DNA of 64,000 nt, taken from Mesoflavibacter sp. (lineage in GTDB: Bacteria > Bacteroidota > Bacteroidia > Flavobacteriales > Flavobacteriaceae). Both the position numbers and the translations under genes were made by a program. Positions 55,351 to 63,703 of this stretch are shown here, one piece after another; within the stretch, counting starts at the first letter, position 1, and every line of letters begins with the position of its first letter. The stretch spans positions 80,017 to 144,016 of the forward strand of contig JAWUZD010000012.1 of assembly GCA_034110465.1 (NCBI GenBank). The letters are read 5' to 3'. The notes under the pieces were generated by a model, which saw only the letters and a program-made list of their open reading frames with translations, was not told where the DNA came from and made no database searches.

Positions 55351-56220
55351 ATGAAACTACTTATAATATCTCTTATAACTATATTTTTAAATGCTTGTGG
55401 TGGCTCTAAAGAGATTGCAAGTAATACAGCAAGTACAGAAATAAATTCTCAAACCTCTAAAGAACGTAATATGCAATCTGAAATAAAAAGAATAGAATAC
55501 GTAGCATCTACAAGAGGTTTTTACAACCGTATAACTATAATTCCAGATTCTGTAGTAACACAAATGACTAGAAATGGAAAGGAAACGTCTGCCTTTTTAT
55601 CAAAAGAAGATTGGGCTGAAATTAATACGCTAGTTTCTCAAATAGAAGTGGCAACAATTCCAAAATTAGAACCACCATCTCAAAACTACAGAACAGATGT
55701 TGCTGCAGCTGCTAGTTTACAAATTATTATTGGCGATAAATCTTATCAAACCTTAAGTTTTGATAATGGTAATCCTCCAAAAAAAATAGCAGCACTTGTA
55801 GAAAAGCTTATCGGATTCACAAAGAAAAAGGAATTAAATAAAAACAGTAAGCAATCTAATGTTACACGAATAGAATATGTTGCTGTTTCCAGAGGAACTT
55901 ACAATCGTATTATCATTTTACCAGAAACAGTTATTACACAGATGTCAAGAGGAGAAAAAGAGATTTCAAATCCTTTATCTGTAGACGATTGGACAGAGAT
56001 TAATACAATGGTAAGCAAAATTGAAGTTGCTGGATTACCAAAATTAGAAGCACCTTCTAAAAAACATCAATATGATGGCGCAGCTGGAGCATATTTTCAA
56101 ATTGCTATTGGAGAAAAATTGTATAGAACTGTAACTTTTGATGCTGGAAATCCGCCGAAAGAAATAGCTGAAATTGTTGAAAAATTATTCGGTTTCACTA
56201 ATACTACAAAAAAACAGTAA
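55351..56220 (+). CDS. lipoprotein made of two tandem ~113-aa domains of unknown function
   Basis: 289 aa with lipobox FLNACGGS. Residues 45-157 and 171-283 align without gaps (IKRIEYVASTRGFYNRITIIPDSVVTQM... vs VTRIEYVAVSRGTYNRIIILPETVITQM...; both end NPPK.IA..VEKL.GFT). Confidence 0.65.
   Translation: MKLLIISLITIFLNACGGSKEIASNTASTEINSQTSKERNMQSEIKRIEYVASTRGFYNRITIIPDSVVTQMTRNGKETSAFLSKEDWAEINTLVSQIEVATIPKLEPPSQNYRTDVAAAASLQIIIGDKSYQTLSFDNGNPPKKIAALVEKLIGFTKKKELNKNSKQSNVTRIEYVAVSRGTYNRIIILPETVITQMSRGEKEISNPLSVDDWTEINTMVSKIEVAGLPKLEAPSKKHQYDGAAGAYFQIAIGEKLYRTVTFDAGNPPKEIAEIVEKLFGFTNTTKKQ
55483..56199 (+). repeat. intragenic tandem duplication (2 x ~339 nt with a 39-nt linker; period 378 nt)
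   Basis: Protein-level repeat units are encoded at 55483-55821 and 55861-56199. By eye, more than half of the aligned residues are identical. Confidence 0.8.
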
Positions 56221-56277
56221 GTTCTTTTTTTAACGATATATTATATCTTTAAAGAGCTGTTTTAAAACGATATTCAT

Positions 56278-56285
56278 TAATTTTG
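56278..56285 (+). promoter_or_regulatory. candidate -7 box (TAATTTTG) for the sufE-sufT-DUF2480 unit
   Basis: Matches TAnnTTTG, 51 nt upstream of ATG 56336, within the 115-nt gap after the duplicated lipoprotein gene. Confidence 0.3.
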
Positions 56286-56335
56286 CAATCATTAAGAGTG
56301 ATATAAATTCGCTTCATTTCAAAATTCAGAATACT

Positions 56336-56761
56336 ATGCAAAGCATAAAAGACATACAAACCGATATTATTGACGAGTTTTCAATGTTTGAAGATTGGGA
56401 AGAACGCTACCAATATATGATAGATTTAGGTAAAACACTTCCGTTAATTAACGAAGAGTTTAAAACCGAAGATCATATTATAAAAGGCTGCCAAAGTAAG
56501 GTTTGGGTTCACGCAGAAATAGAAAACGCAAATGTTGTTTTTACAGCAGATAGCGATGCTATAATTACAAAAGGGATAATAGCTATTTTAATTCGTGTGT
56601 TCTCTAATCAAAGTCCACAAGCCATCTTAGATGCTAACACTGATTTTATTGATGAAATTGGGTTAAAGGAACACTTATCTGCTACAAGAGCAAATGGTTT
56701 GGTAAGTATGATCAAACAAATAAAAATGTATGCTGTTGCATACCAAGCACAATTAAATTAA
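56336..56761 (+). CDS. sufE: SufE family sulfur acceptor protein
   Basis: 141 aa. W..RY.Y.I.LGK.LP, active-site context IKGCQSKVW, D.DA.I.KG..A.L. Confidence 0.9.
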   Translation: MQSIKDIQTDIIDEFSMFEDWEERYQYMIDLGKTLPLINEEFKTEDHIIKGCQSKVWVHAEIENANVVFTADSDAIITKGIIAILIRVFSNQSPQAILDANTDFIDEIGLKEHLSATRANGLVSMIKQIKMYAVAYQAQLN

Positions 56762-56781
56762 TTCACGCGCAAGCAGGAATC
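56761..56781 (+). repeat. short 3'-UTR hairpin motif, copy B (ATTCACGCGCAAGCAGGAATC)
   Basis: Starts at the last base of the sufE stop codon. It shares ATTC...GC...GCAG(G)AATCTA with copy A at 17708. A second hairpin follows (ATTTCCGT-cttt-ACGGAAAT, 56802-56821) that overlaps the next start codon. Confidence 0.35.
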
Positions 56782-56819
56782 TATTAAATTACCATATTAA
56801 GATTTCCGTCTTTACGGAA

Positions 56820-57164
56820 ATGAAAAAAAATTATAAAATGAGCGACACAACTATAGATACAGCAGATTTAGGGGAGAAAATTGTAAAAGTTATAAAAACC
56901 ATTTTTGATCCAGAAATTCCAGTTGACATATATGAATTAGGTTTAATTTACGATGTTTTTGTAAACGAAGATTACGATGTTAAAATCTTAATGACTTTAA
57001 CAACACCTAATTGTCCAGTAGCAGAAACACTTCCTCGAGAAGTTGAAGAAAAGGTGAAGTCTTTAAAAGATGTAAACGATGCAGAAGTAGAAATTACTTT
57101 TGATCCACCTTGGACCCAAGATTTAATGAGCGAAGAAGCTAAACTTGAACTTGGAATGCTTTAA
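56820..57164 (+). CDS. sufT: SUF system Fe-S assembly protein (DUF59/MIP18, SufT-like)
   Basis: 114 aa. DPEIPVDIYELGLIYDV...LMTLTTPNCPVAE is the DUF59 signature. The start could instead be the internal Met at 56838. Confidence 0.85.
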   Translation: MKKNYKMSDTTIDTADLGEKIVKVIKTIFDPEIPVDIYELGLIYDVFVNEDYDVKILMTLTTPNCPVAETLPREVEEKVKSLKDVNDAEVEITFDPPWTQDLMSEEAKLELGML

Positions 57165-57196
57165 GATTTACATACAGTAAATATAATATTTCAGCT

Positions 57197-57715
57197 ATGG
57201 CAGAAGAAATTATAAATCGTGTTACCAATAGTATTCTTGAAGTTTTTGATTTAGAAGATTATTATCAAGAAGGTACAAGAACTTCAATTGACTTAAAAAG
57301 TTGGTTGGAGCACGAATTTATTCTACGTGAAAAAGACTTCAGAGCACAAGTTAAAGCCTACAATTGGGAACAACACAAAAATCAATACGTTGCTATTTAT
57401 TGTTCTAACGATGCTATTATTGCAGACTGGGCTTTTATGCTAATTACTATTGCACTTAAGCCTTATGCAAAACACATTACGTTTGGTACATTAATTGATT
57501 TAGAAACTAATTTATACCAAAATAAGTTAGCAAGTTTAGACCTTACAATATACAAAGACAAGCCTATAATTATCAAAGGTTGTGCTAAAAAACCGGTTCC
57601 TACAAGTGCCTATATTATGGCAACTAATATGCTTCAACCTATAGCAAAATCTATTATGTTTGGTGAAGCTTGTTCTGCTGTACCACTTTTTAAGCGCATT
57701 TCGTCCCAAAAATAA
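57197..57715 (+). CDS. DUF2480 family protein (conserved tail gene of Bacteroidota suf loci)
   Basis: 172 aa. Position after sufE/DUF59 and the N-terminal EEIINRVTNS.L..FDLE pattern fit my memory of DUF2480. Confidence 0.6.
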   Translation: MAEEIINRVTNSILEVFDLEDYYQEGTRTSIDLKSWLEHEFILREKDFRAQVKAYNWEQHKNQYVAIYCSNDAIIADWAFMLITIALKPYAKHITFGTLIDLETNLYQNKLASLDLTIYKDKPIIIKGCAKKPVPTSAYIMATNMLQPIAKSIMFGEACSAVPLFKRISSQK

Positions 57716-57778
57716 CACGCTTTATCGTATTTATTGGAAATAATGCGTTGAAAACACTTTTCTACTCGTCTTTTAAGT

Positions 57779-57786
57779 TAGCTTTG
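57779..57786 (+). promoter_or_regulatory. candidate -7 box (TAGCTTTG) for the DUF3078 gene
   Basis: Matches TAnnTTTG, 18 nt upstream of ATG 57804. Confidence 0.3.
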
Positions 57787-57803
57787 CGCTCTCAAAATTA
57801 ACA

Positions 57804-58730
57804 ATGATGAAAAAAATTACTTTTATTTTTGCATTACTTATTGGAACGCTTTCAATAAATGCACAAGAAACAACTCCAGAATCTACAAAAGAAGAACTAA
57901 AATCTCAAAAAGCTGAAAAACAAGCTGCTGCAGATGCTTTACAAGGCGAAGCTAATGCATTACAAGCTAAAATTGATGCACTTCCTGGATGGAGAAAAGG
58001 TGCTTTTGGTACTATTGGTGGTAGTGTTTCTGAATTTAACAACTGGTTTTCTCAAGCAGCAGCTAACAACTCTTCTGGAAACATTGGATTTACAGTTAAC
58101 GGTTTTGCAAATTTAATTCAAGAAAAATATTTCTGGAGAAACAATCTTAATGTAAATTTAGGTTGGATAAAATTAGATAATAAAGACAACCCTTTTGATA
58201 GTGAAAAATTTGAACCAAATACAGATGTATTTAACATTAGTTCTTTATACGGAAGAAATATTGCTAAAAACCTTGCTGTTTCTACTTTAGGTGAATATAG
58301 AACAACTATTTTAGATAATTTCAATGATCCTGGTTATTTAGATTTAGGTGTTGGTTTAACTTGGACTCCAATAGAAAATTTAGTAGTTGTAGCTCATCCG
58401 TTAAACTACAACTTTGTTTTTGCTAAAAATGATGCTGTATTTGAATCTTCACTAGGTGCAAAAATTGTTGCAGATTATACGCGTCAAATTGGAGCTATTA
58501 GTTTTAAATCTAATTTTTCTACATTTCAATCATATAAATCTGGGGATTTGTCTAACTTTACTTGGATAAATAGTTTTGGTTACAAACTATGGAAATCTAT
58601 TGGAGTTGGTTTTGACTTTGGTTTAAGAGGAAACAAACAAGAAGCTGCTAATTACCAAGGTGTATTATTACCAAATGCAGATAATAAATTACAGTCTTAT
58701 TGGTTATTTGGTCTAAACTACCAAATATAA
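57804..58730 (+). CDS. DUF3078-like outer-membrane beta-barrel protein
   Basis: 308 aa with a signal peptide (LLIGTLSINAQ) and a short coiled coil (QAAADALQGEANALQAKIDALPGW). The rest has alternating beta-strand patterns and ends WLFGLNYQI. Confidence 0.55.
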   Translation: MMKKITFIFALLIGTLSINAQETTPESTKEELKSQKAEKQAAADALQGEANALQAKIDALPGWRKGAFGTIGGSVSEFNNWFSQAAANNSSGNIGFTVNGFANLIQEKYFWRNNLNVNLGWIKLDNKDNPFDSEKFEPNTDVFNISSLYGRNIAKNLAVSTLGEYRTTILDNFNDPGYLDLGVGLTWTPIENLVVVAHPLNYNFVFAKNDAVFESSLGAKIVADYTRQIGAISFKSNFSTFQSYKSGDLSNFTWINSFGYKLWKSIGVGFDFGLRGNKQEAANYQGVLLPNADNKLQSYWLFGLNYQI

Positions 58731-58749
58731 TAACAACATTAATTATATA

Positions 58750-58784
58750 AAAAAATGCGCTTCAAAACTGAAGCGCATTTTTTA
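58750..58784. terminator. bidirectional hairpin terminator (DUF3078 gene vs hflX)
   Basis: AAAAAATGCGCTTCA-aaac-TGAAGCGCATTTTTT. Confidence 0.8.
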
Positions 58785-58805
58785 TATGAAATAGTCACAA
58801 TATAA

Positions 58806-60038
58806 TTATTCCTCTTCCTCCGAATTCATATTTGCATAATCGTAATCCGGATATAAAAAGTGATTATATGGAAAACGAGTGACGTGAATTTCTCTTACCT
58901 CATCGTAAACACGTTTCTTAAAATCTTCTAAATTTTCTTTACTTAAAGCAGATATAAACAAAGCGTTATTTCCTACTTTATTCATCCACGTTTTTTTCCA
59001 TTCTTCTAAAGAATAGTTTGCTCCTGTTCGTACAGCAATTAAATCAGTTTCATCAAAAGGTTCAGGTTTATAAGCATCAATCTTATTGAAAACCATAATA
59101 GTTGGTTTGTCTGCACCTTTAATTTCGCCTAGAATCTTATTTACAGAATCTATATGGTCTTCAAAATTTGGATGAGAAATATCTACAACGTGTAACAACA
59201 AATCAGCTTCTCTAACCTCATCTAAAGTACTTTTAAAACTATCTACTAACTGCGTTGGTAGTTTTCTAATAAAACCAACCGTATCACTTAACAAAAACGG
59301 TAAATTCTGAATCACTACTTTTCTAACCGTAGTATCTAAAGTGGCAAAAAGTTTATTTTCTGCAAACACTTTACTTTTACTTACCGTATTCATTAAAGTA
59401 GATTTTCCAACATTGGTATAACCAACTAAGGCAACTCTTACCATTTTACCACGATTTCCACGTTGTACGGCTTGTTGTTTATCTATAATTTTTATTTTGT
59501 TTTTTAGTAAGGCAATTTTATCGCGGACAATACGTCTATCTGTTTCAATTTCTGTTTCTCCAGGTCCACGCATTCCAATTCCACCTTTTTGGCGTTCAAG
59601 GTGTGTCCACATTCCTCGTAATCTAGGTAATAAGTATTCGCATTGTGCTAACTCTACTTGCGTACGTGCATAACTAGTTTGCGCACGTTGTGCAAAAATA
59701 TCTAAGATAAGGTTGGTTCTATCTAACACCTTACATAAAAGAATTTCTCCAATGCTACGTTGTTGAGATGGTGTTAACTCGTCATCAAAAATAGCCGTAC
59801 CAATATCATTTTCTTCAATAAATTTACGAACATCTTCTATCTTCCCAGTTCCTAAAAAGGTTTTAGGATTAGGCATTTCCATTTTTTGAGTAAATCGTTT
59901 TATAGATTCTCCTCCAGCTGTATAAGTTAAAAACTCCAACTCGTCTAAATATTCTGTAGACTGAGTCTCGTTTTGATCTTGTGTTATAACACCTATTAAA
60001 ACGCAACGTTCTAAGGTAATATCTTTCTTTTCTAACAT
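58806..60038 (-). CDS. hflX: GTPase HflX
   Basis: 410 aa with the HflX N-terminal domain (ELEFLT.TAGGE, DDELTPSQQR..., ILDIFAQRAQT..A..QVELAQ..Y). G1 is GYTNVGKST, G3 is DTVGFI, G4 is NKID. Confidence 0.93.
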   Translation of the reverse strand: MLEKKDITLERCVLIGVITQDQNETQSTEYLDELEFLTYTAGGESIKRFTQKMEMPNPKTFLGTGKIEDVRKFIEENDIGTAIFDDELTPSQQRSIGEILLCKVLDRTNLILDIFAQRAQTSYARTQVELAQCEYLLPRLRGMWTHLERQKGGIGMRGPGETEIETDRRIVRDKIALLKNKIKIIDKQQAVQRGNRGKMVRVALVGYTNVGKSTLMNTVSKSKVFAENKLFATLDTTVRKVVIQNLPFLLSDTVGFIRKLPTQLVDSFKSTLDEVREADLLLHVVDISHPNFEDHIDSVNKILGEIKGADKPTIMVFNKIDAYKPEPFDETDLIAVRTGANYSLEEWKKTWMNKVGNNALFISALSKENLEDFKKRVYDEVREIHVTRFPYNHFLYPDYDYANMNSEEEE

Positions 60039-60118
60039 AAATTTTCAATTACTACAAAGTTACATAATTACAGCCAACTATTATTTCGTATTTTTAAACC
60101 TTATAAAAAATTTAGCTT

Positions 60119-61081
60119 TTGATATTTAACCTCTTCAACTTAAAAAAAAACAAGCATTGTTTCGCATTTTATAATATTGAAAATCTTTTTGATATTTATA
60201 ATGAAAAAGATAAACACGACAGCGATTTTACTGAAACATCTGAAAAACGATGGACTCTAAAACGCTATAAGAATAAAGTAAACAAGATTAGTTTTGTTAT
60301 TTCTAAAATAGGTTTGAAAGAAACTGAAATGCATCCAGCATTAGTTGGATTAGCAGAAGTAGAAAACGAATCTGTTCTAAAAAGTTTAATTGAGCACGAT
60401 AATCTAAAAAATTGCAACTATAATTTTGTTCATTATAATTCCAAAGATGAAAGAGGTATTGATGTGGCCTTTATTTATGATACTAAAAAATTCTCAGTTT
60501 TAAATTCTAACGTTCATAGTATTATTTTACATGATGAAGACGGCGATGTAGATTATACAAGAGACATTTTACATATCTACGGATCTTTTTTAAATGAAAA
60601 AATAGATATTATTGTTAACCATTGGCCATCAAGACGAGATGGAAATAATGAAACGGCTAAAAAGAGAATGATTGCTTCTAACAAAGTATCTGAAATTATA
60701 ACTAACATTAGAGCTAAAAATAAAGATGCTAAGATTGTTATTATGGGCGATTTTAACGACGATCCAAGTAGTAAAAGCATAAAGTCTTTAGTTAACAACA
60801 ATGAGCTCTTTAATCCTATGGATACGCTTTTATCTATAGATAGAGGAACTACAGTTTATAGAGGCGATTGGAATTTATTTGATCAAATGATACTTTCTGT
60901 TAATTGTTTTAATAGAAAAGCTAAAAAACTACGCTTTGTAAATGCCAATATTTTTGATGCAGACTTCTTAAAACAACAAGAAGGCGATTTTAAAGGCACG
61001 CCATACAGAACTTATGTTGGAAAACAATATAAAGGTGGCTATAGCGATCATTTTCCGGTGTATACTATTTTTAAAAAGTAA
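60119..61081 (+). CDS. endonuclease/exonuclease/phosphatase (EEP) family protein
   Basis: 320 aa. FYNIENLFD, GLAEVEN, ERGIDVAFIY, IIVNHWPSRR, IMGDFNDDP, GYSDHFPV. The start is uncertain: the ORF opens at TTG 60119 and there is no upstream ATG and no signal peptide. Confidence 0.75.
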   Translation: MIFNLFNLKKNKHCFAFYNIENLFDIYNEKDKHDSDFTETSEKRWTLKRYKNKVNKISFVISKIGLKETEMHPALVGLAEVENESVLKSLIEHDNLKNCNYNFVHYNSKDERGIDVAFIYDTKKFSVLNSNVHSIILHDEDGDVDYTRDILHIYGSFLNEKIDIIVNHWPSRRDGNNETAKKRMIASNKVSEIITNIRAKNKDAKIVIMGDFNDDPSSKSIKSLVNNNELFNPMDTLLSIDRGTTVYRGDWNLFDQMILSVNCFNRKAKKLRFVNANIFDADFLKQQEGDFKGTPYRTYVGKQYKGGYSDHFPVYTIFKK

Positions 61082-61109
61082 GCCTATTCTTTTTTAGTCA
61101 TAAAAAACT

Positions 61110-61763
61110 CTAAACCTCCCCATTCCATTCTGTATAAAACTGCTTTAAAAACTGTTCCATATATTGGTGACGTTCTAGAGCGAGTTTCTTGCCTGTTTTA
61201 GTATTCATTCTATCTTTTAAAAGCAACAATTTTTCATAAAAATGATTAATAGTTGGAGCAGTAGAATTTTTATAAACTTCTTTACTCATATTTAAATCAG
61301 GTTTTATTTCTGGATTATAGATAGCCCGATTTTTAAATCCTCCATAATTAAACGTTCTAGCTATTCCAACGGCTCCTAAGGCATCTAATCTATCTGCATC
61401 TTGTACCACATCTAACTCAAAAGATTTAAACTTCTGAGTCTCGTTTCCGCCTTTAAAACTAATGTTTTCTATAATAGCTATAACGTGATTAATTATAGAT
61501 GCTTCAACTTTTAAAGATTCTAAAAATTGCTGCGCTACTTTTGGACCAACAGTTTCGTCTCCATTATGAAATTTACTATCTGCTATATCATGAAGTAAGG
61601 CTCCTAAAGCCACAACAAAAATATCTACTGGTTCTTGTTTTGCTATTAAAAGTGCATTTTTATATACACGTTCTATATGAAACCAATCGTGTCCGCCTTC
61701 TACATTTTTAAGCGTTTTTTTTACAAAAACTATAGTATCTTGAATGATTTGAGTGTTATCCAT
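61110..61763 (-). CDS. HD domain-containing phosphohydrolase
   Basis: 217 aa. GGHDWFHIERV...ALLHDIAD.KF..., DADRLDA.GA.GIAR. Confidence 0.8.
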   Translation of the reverse strand: MDNTQIIQDTIVFVKKTLKNVEGGHDWFHIERVYKNALLIAKQEPVDIFVVALGALLHDIADSKFHNGDETVGPKVAQQFLESLKVEASIINHVIAIIENISFKGGNETQKFKSFELDVVQDADRLDALGAVGIARTFNYGGFKNRAIYNPEIKPDLNMSKEVYKNSTAPTINHFYEKLLLLKDRMNTKTGKKLALERHQYMEQFLKQFYTEWNGEV

Positions 61764-61770
61764 AACACAA

Positions 61771-61806
61771 AAAAAATCCTTTCAATTTTAAATTGAAAGG
61801 ATTTTG
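61771..61806 (-). terminator. rho-independent terminator of the plsC-desaturase unit
   Basis: AAATCCTTTCAATT-tta-AATTGAAAGGATTT. On the minus strand the stem is followed by TTTTTTTT. Confidence 0.75.
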
Positions 61807-61845
61807 AGTTATTTATATTAAAAGATTTCAGAATGCACTGTATTT

Positions 61846-61865
61846 TGCGTCGTAGCAAAGAATGG
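61846..61865 (-). repeat. short 3'-UTR hairpin motif, copy C (minus strand CCATTCTTTGCTACGACGCA)
   Basis: The reverse complement CATTCTTTGCTACGACGCAAAAT aligns with copy A (CATTCTTCGCCACTACGCAGAAT) with few mismatches. It lies 9 nt after the desaturase stop codon, in the sense orientation. Confidence 0.4.
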
Positions 61866-61873
61866 AAAAACTT

Positions 61874-62860
61874 CTATAATTTAGCTGGTTCAACCCATTT
61901 AAATTGGTATGAATTTTCTGGAATAGTCATTCTATCTGCTATACGAGTCATTCTACTTGGTAACTTCATTAGGTAATCTCGTGCCTTCTCGGCTTCAGGA
62001 TTTAATCCGCCCATACTACCTATATCCCATTTCACTATTAATTTGTCAAGAATATCTATATAATCCATAGAAGTATATACACCAATACGCTGTGCTGTGT
62101 TAGAAAACTCCTCGAAAGCAGAACTAATTTTACCTCCAGATTCTCTTAAAAAGTGAGCTGGCATTGTAATTTTAGCTTTCATCATAGAATGAAAAGCCAT
62201 CATCATTTGGTTTGGGTCTTCTTTAAAAATACGATCTACAAAATCTGAATATGCCATATGGTGACGCATTTCATCTCCTGCAATAATTTTACACATTTTA
62301 GCTAATTGCTTATTTCCTCTAGCTTTTGCCATTTTAGCAACTCTATTATGAGAAATATAGGTGGCTAATTCTTGGAAAGATGTGTAAACAAAGTTTTTAT
62401 ATGGATCTCTATCTGTTCCAATATCAAAACCATCTGAAATTAAATGATGTGTGGTTTTTTCAATCTCTTTCATATTAACCCTTCCAGATAAGTACAAATA
62501 TTTGTTTAAAACATCTCCATGTCTATTTTCTTCCGCTGTCCATTGTCTTACCCATTTAGACCAACCATTTCGTTCTATTTGTCCAACACCTTCAACATCC
62601 ATTAACCAAGACTCATAAGACGGTAAAGCTTCTTCTGTAATCATATCTCCTACCAATACAACCCAAAAATCGTAAGGTAAATCTTTAGATAATTCTCTAA
62701 TTTCTTTTACTTCATCAAAAAAAGTATCCGATTCAGAATTAGGTAAAAAATCGCTAGGTTGCCAAATAGTGTCAACAGGTACTAAATATTTTTCAATTAA
62801 TGTGTCGATGTCTTTTTCAAGATATCTCATCACATCTAAACGTATGTTTTTTAATGACAT
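61874..62860 (-). CDS. soluble acyl-ACP desaturase (di-iron, plant/actinobacterial type)
   Basis: 328 aa with two di-iron E..H motifs (WTAEENRHGD and AGDEMRHHMAY), plus YTSFQE.AT..SH. It is collinear with stearoyl-ACP desaturase family members. Confidence 0.85.
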   Translation of the reverse strand: MSLKNIRLDVMRYLEKDIDTLIEKYLVPVDTIWQPSDFLPNSESDTFFDEVKEIRELSKDLPYDFWVVLVGDMITEEALPSYESWLMDVEGVGQIERNGWSKWVRQWTAEENRHGDVLNKYLYLSGRVNMKEIEKTTHHLISDGFDIGTDRDPYKNFVYTSFQELATYISHNRVAKMAKARGNKQLAKMCKIIAGDEMRHHMAYSDFVDRIFKEDPNQMMMAFHSMMKAKITMPAHFLRESGGKISSAFEEFSNTAQRIGVYTSMDYIDILDKLIVKWDIGSMGGLNPEAEKARDYLMKLPSRMTRIADRMTIPENSYQFKWVEPAKL

Positions 62861-62862
62861 AA

Positions 62863-63600
62863 TTATGTAGATTTAATAGCGTTTATAATGGTTTTTTCCA
62901 CAGTTTGTATTAATGATTCAGTTTCAAAATCTGCTACATTAAGATAGTCGTGAACGGTGAATGTGATTTTATGACCAATTCCCATTGGAAATTTACCGTA
63001 AGGTAAGGATTTCCAAGAATTATTTATGGTAATTGGGATAACTATAGCATTTGGCGATTTTTTAAATAGTACAGTAAGACCTTTAGTTTGAAATGGTTTT
63101 GGCTTACCTGTCTTACTTCTAGTTCCTTCAGGAAAAATAACTACTGCACGATTGTGTTTTTCTATGTATTTGGCAATTTTTGCAATTTCAGAAATAGCTT
63201 GTCGTGGGTTTTTACGATCTATTAAAGCCGATCCTCCAACACGTAAATTATATGATACACTTGGAAAACCGTGACCTAATTCTTTTTTACTTATAAATTT
63301 TGGATGAAATTTACGCATAAACCATATTATAGGAGGAATATCGTTCATGCTCTGGTGATTTGCCACAATAATAACAGGCCTATTTTTAGGAATGTTTTTA
63401 GGGATTTTAAAACTATATGTAAAGCCTAATAAATGTAAGCATCTTGTTAATCCACAATTTAACAAAGCAACACTTTTTTTATGTGCATTGTAACCAAAAA
63501 CCTTGTAGCAAAGAACTTGAATGGGATGAAATATAATTAAAAGCATCCCAAAAAAGAAAGCGTAAATAACGGTTAACGGATATGCTAATAATTTTCTCAT
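62863..63600 (-). CDS. plsC: 1-acyl-sn-glycerol-3-phosphate acyltransferase family protein
   Basis: 245 aa with an N-terminal TM helix. HX4D motif NHQSMND and FPEGTRS motif. Confidence 0.85.
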   Translation of the reverse strand: MRKLLAYPLTVIYAFFFGMLLIIFHPIQVLCYKVFGYNAHKKSVALLNCGLTRCLHLLGFTYSFKIPKNIPKNRPVIIVANHQSMNDIPPIIWFMRKFHPKFISKKELGHGFPSVSYNLRVGGSALIDRKNPRQAISEIAKIAKYIEKHNRAVVIFPEGTRSKTGKPKPFQTKGLTVLFKKSPNAIVIPITINNSWKSLPYGKFPMGIGHKITFTVHDYLNVADFETESLIQTVEKTIINAIKST

Positions 63601-63653
63601 TTTTAAAACCTAGTAATATTTAACAAAAATAGACACATTTAAGGATTAAGCAT

Positions 63654-63682
63654 AAAAAAACCACGCAAATTTGCGTGGTTTT
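63654..63682 (-). terminator. rho-independent terminator after the bacilliredoxin gene
   Basis: AAAAAAACCACGCAAA-TTTGCGTGGTTTT palindrome, 22 nt past the stop at 63704. The minus-strand transcript ends in T7. Confidence 0.75.
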
Positions 63683-63703
63683 ACTATGTGTGCATTGTAA
63701 ATC

